Assembly: GCA_039679545.1 (NCBI GenBank)
Contig: JBDKUT010000020.1
Coordinates: 1 to 17,308, forward strand
Direction: 5' to 3'
Length of the DNA: 17,308 nucleotides
Origin: Thermotogota bacterium
GTDB taxonomy: Bacteria; Bipolaricaulota; Bipolaricaulia; UBA7950; UBA9294
Shown: piece after piece, positions 14,776 through 17,308 of the stretch
Layout of the letters: each line of letters starts with the position of its first letter
Numbering within the stretch: position 1 is the first letter of the stretch
Made by a program: the position numbers and the translations under genes
Notes under the pieces: generated by a model
Databases searched by the model: none
What the model saw: the letters and a program-made list of their open reading frames with translations, nothing else
Told to the model about the DNA's origin: nothing

Positions 14776-16184
14776 CGCGCCCTCTCTTCCTCGATCAAGA
14801 GCCCCGGGTTCAGGATCCCGTTCGGATCGAGCGTCCGCTTCATCGAGCGGAGCAACTCGCCGGCCGGCCCGAGCTTCGGCATGATGTGAGGCGCGATCCC
14901 AGCTCCAAGTCCGCCCGGGCTCATCCTTCCCTCAGTGAACATCCGCTCGGCCATCTCGGCCCGGAGCTTCAGGCCGTACGTCCAGGCGTCGTCGCGCCGC
15001 TCGTCGTACAGGGTGTCGATCCAGAGGTACGCGCCGTTCCGCGCGAAGTAGGCGTCCACGCCCTTGACGCGGATCCCGTACGTCTCGAAGTCGGACTCCC
15101 TATCTTTCTTCATCGTCCGGAAGAGCTCCACGGCTGTCTTCAGTCCGTCGGTCGAGACGAACCCGGCCACCTCGGGACAGAAGAACGGCCGGTCGCTGTA
15201 GTACGAGCTTGGTCCGGTGTTCCGCAGCCACGAGTACATGTGATCCTGCCAGTAGTGGCGCGTTCCCTCGGCCGGCCGCGGACGACCGCGGTGCGACTCG
15301 CAGATTGCCTCCGCCTCGCGGACCCGCGCCTCCGCGGCGGACACCCGATCGCGGACGACGACGTGCAGGAAGGCGTCTCCCTCCTCCCCCGTCGGCTTCG
15401 GACCGCCGAACAACCCGACGACGAACGTCGCCGCCCCTCGAGCTTGGATTCCTCCTGCCGCGTCGATCGCGTCGCGGTGGTCGTCGAACGCGTAGAACCG
15501 GAAGGCCTCCACCTCCGGCACCCGGCGAACGCGGTAGACAACGCGGGTGATGATCCCGAAGATCCCGTACGACCCGATGAACAGGCCTGCCAGGTCGGCG
15601 GCGTTCGCGTTTCGCTCAATCGGCTCCGACGCCGGGTTCGACCACGATCCGGTGCGGACGACGTCGCCCTTCGGAAGCACGACCTCGAGCGCGAGGACGT
15701 GGTCGCCCGTCATTCCGTACTCGGTCGCGCCGTGCGGGATGGCATTGACCGCCACAGTCCCTCCGATCGTGCACGAGAAGAGACCTCCGCCGCCCGGCAC
15801 CGCAAGCTCGTATCCGCGGCGCTTGAGGTCGGCATCGATGCCGTGCCAGATCGCCCCGCACTGCGCGACGACGTAGCCGGCCTGGAGGTCCACGGTCTCG
15901 ACGTGGTTCATGCGCGTCGTCTCGAGAAGGATCACCCCGTCCTTCACGCCGCTGCCGAGGAACGTCGTCGCTCGCCCGCGCGTGAAGATACGGTGTCGGT
16001 TCGCGTTCGCGAACTTGACGACTTCGACGACCTCTTCGGTCGACGCGGGGCGCACCACGACGGCCGGCACGCCGGCCTTGTCGGGGCCGCAGTCGCGCGA
16101 GTAGCAGAGCCGGTCGACGAACCGATCGGAGACGTGCTCCCTGCCGACGATCGCGGCGAGCGCGCTCGCCAACGTCTCACCCAT
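14772..16184 (-). CDS. FAD-binding oxidoreductase, VAO/PCMH superfamily (GlcD/D-lactate dehydrogenase-like)
   Basis: PAVVVRPASTEEV, TIGGTVAVNA, YGMTGDHVLALEVVLPKG, LFIGSYGIFGIITR and KRTLDPNGILNPG. Start is ATG 16184 or GTG 16193; both overlap the upstream stop. Confidence 0.88.
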   Translation of the reverse strand: MGETLASALAAIVGREHVSDRFVDRLCYSRDCGPDKAGVPAVVVRPASTEEVVEVVKFANANRHRIFTRGRATTFLGSGVKDGVILLETTRMNHVETVDLQAGYVVAQCGAIWHGIDADLKRRGYELAVPGGGGLFSCTIGGTVAVNAIPHGATEYGMTGDHVLALEVVLPKGDVVRTGSWSNPASEPIERNANAADLAGLFIGSYGIFGIITRVVYRVRRVPEVEAFRFYAFDDHRDAIDAAGGIQARGAATFVVGLFGGPKPTGEEGDAFLHVVVRDRVSAAEARVREAEAICESHRGRPRPAEGTRHYWQDHMYSWLRNTGPSSYYSDRPFFCPEVAGFVSTDGLKTAVELFRTMKKDRESDFETYGIRVKGVDAYFARNGAYLWIDTLYDERRDDAWTYGLKLRAEMAERMFTEGRMSPGGLGAGIAPHIMPKLGPAGELLRSMKRTLDPNGILNPGLLIEEERAR

Positions 16185-17307
16185 ACCGCTCACCCACTTT
16201 CTTCGCTTCGGCGAGGACGGCGCGCTCGTCGAGCGTCGTCACCTCGCGGTCCCGCAGGACGACCCGCCCATTGATCACGACGGATTCGACGTCGCTGGCC
16301 CGCGCACAGTAAACGAGGGCTGGGAGGATCTCGTCCGTCGTGCGGAACAGGTGTGCCCCCGAGAGGTCGACGAGGACGACGTCGGCCAGCCTTCCCGGAT
16401 CGAGAACACCGGCGTCGATTCGACACACCTGCGCCCCCGTCTCCGTCGCGAAGCGAAAGACGTCGTGCGCACCGAGGACGGTCGGGTCCTCGGCTGCAAC
16501 CTTCTGCAGCATCGCGGCGGCCCGCATCTCCTCGAACGGATCGAGGAGGTCGTTCGACGCGGCCCCGTCCGTGCCGAGGGCGATCGGCGCCCCGGCGCGC
16601 CGCAGGGCCACGATCGGAGCAATCCCGCTGCCGAGCTTCATGTTGCTCTTCGGGTTGTAGATCACGCCGACCCGCCGCCTTCCCGCGAGGTCGATCTCCT
16701 CCGGTGTCAGGTGGACGCAGTGCGCGGCCGTGATTGGACTCGTGAGAAACCCGATCGATTCAAGGTAGGAAAGCGGCGTCTTGCCGACGAGGCGGATCGA
16801 CTGCTCGACCTCCCACGCCGTCTCCGAGATGTGCGTCTGGATGCCGAGGTCGTGCCGGTCGGCGGTTTCCCGGATCCACCGAAGGAGCCCCTCGCTCGAC
16901 GTGAACGGCGCCGACGGGCCGAGGAAGACGGTGACGAGCGGGCTCTCCTTCGGCACGCAATGCCAGGTCTCGATGAGCTTCTGCGCGTCCTCGCGCGTCG
17001 CCTCGGGGGAGAGCATCAGGTCGTCAGGCACCCACTGGTCGACGAGGGTCATCGCGGCGACGCCGCGGATCCCTGCCTCGATCCAGGTTCGGATCACGCC
17101 GTCGAGGTTCATGTCCATGTCGACGAACGTCGTAATCCCGCTTCGGATCATCTCGATCGTCGCGACCGCCGACCAGAGCCGCCCGACCGTCGTCTCGCCG
17201 CGCGTCCACGCGTCGGCGAGAACGCCGCGCACGAACGGGAACGTGACCTTGTCGCACCACTCGACGAGCGGCAGGTCGTCGCGCCGCCCCTTCAGCATCA
17301 CCTGGTA
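16177..17307 (-). CDS. Metal-dependent amidohydrolase/deaminase (MtaD/AtzB/SsnA-like); 5'-partial
   Basis: Frame is open to the window edge (YQVMLKGRRDDLPL...). Motifs EMIRSGITTFVDM, QTHISET (HxxE), AAHCV, NPKSNMKLGSG, GTDGAASND and GRLADVV. Confidence 0.9.
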   Translation of the reverse strand, partial: YQVMLKGRRDDLPLVEWCDKVTFPFVRGVLADAWTRGETTVGRLWSAVATIEMIRSGITTFVDMDMNLDGVIRTWIEAGIRGVAAMTLVDQWVPDDLMLSPEATREDAQKLIETWHCVPKESPLVTVFLGPSAPFTSSEGLLRWIRETADRHDLGIQTHISETAWEVEQSIRLVGKTPLSYLESIGFLTSPITAAHCVHLTPEEIDLAGRRRVGVIYNPKSNMKLGSGIAPIVALRRAGAPIALGTDGAASNDLLDPFEEMRAAAMLQKVAAEDPTVLGAHDVFRFATETGAQVCRIDAGVLDPGRLADVVLVDLSGAHLFRTTDEILPALVYCARASDVESVVINGRVVLRDREVTTLDERAVLAEAKKVGERYG

Positions 17308-17308
17308 G

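Noticed and set aside
12300..16274. Long plus-strand ORFs 12300..14126, 13960..14889 and 14886..16274
   Set aside because: Antisense shadows of well-supported minus-strand genes, with no recognisable motifs.
1..17308. tRNA, rRNA, tmRNA, RNase P, SRP RNA, transposases or integrases
   Set aside because: No diagnostic sequence signatures recognised by eye. A covariance-model scan would be needed to exclude divergent RNAs.

Overview
GC-rich bacterial window with three blocks. (1) 1-1404: end of a conserved translation gene cluster (partial TM1570-type SPOUT methyltransferase, rplS, rnhB). (2) 1410-9534: six consecutive genes for exported or envelope proteins. These are an Omp-alpha-like protein (SLH, coiled coil, membrane anchor), an apparently highly expressed Cys-rich putative outer-membrane beta-barrel, two paralogous transglutaminase-like + PKD proteins with Ser at the predicted nucleophile position and a C-terminal CGCH motif, a 699-aa putative barrel with helical inserts, and a beta-helix protein. 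The spacers between them are densely base-paired. (3) 9844-17308: a dihydropyrimidinase-like amidohydrolase converging on a tightly coupled minus-strand operon (deaminase, atypical FAD oxidoreductase, CCG Fe-S subunit, ADP-ribosylglycohydrolase-family protein, ribokinase), which looks like an uncharacterised nucleoside or base catabolic pathway. The envelope genes suggest a diderm Terrabacteria-type organism, possibly Ca. Bipolaricaulota; this is a recollection-based guess, not verified. No rRNA, tRNA, CRISPR array or transposase was recognised. All assignments come from reading motifs by eye; no searches were run.
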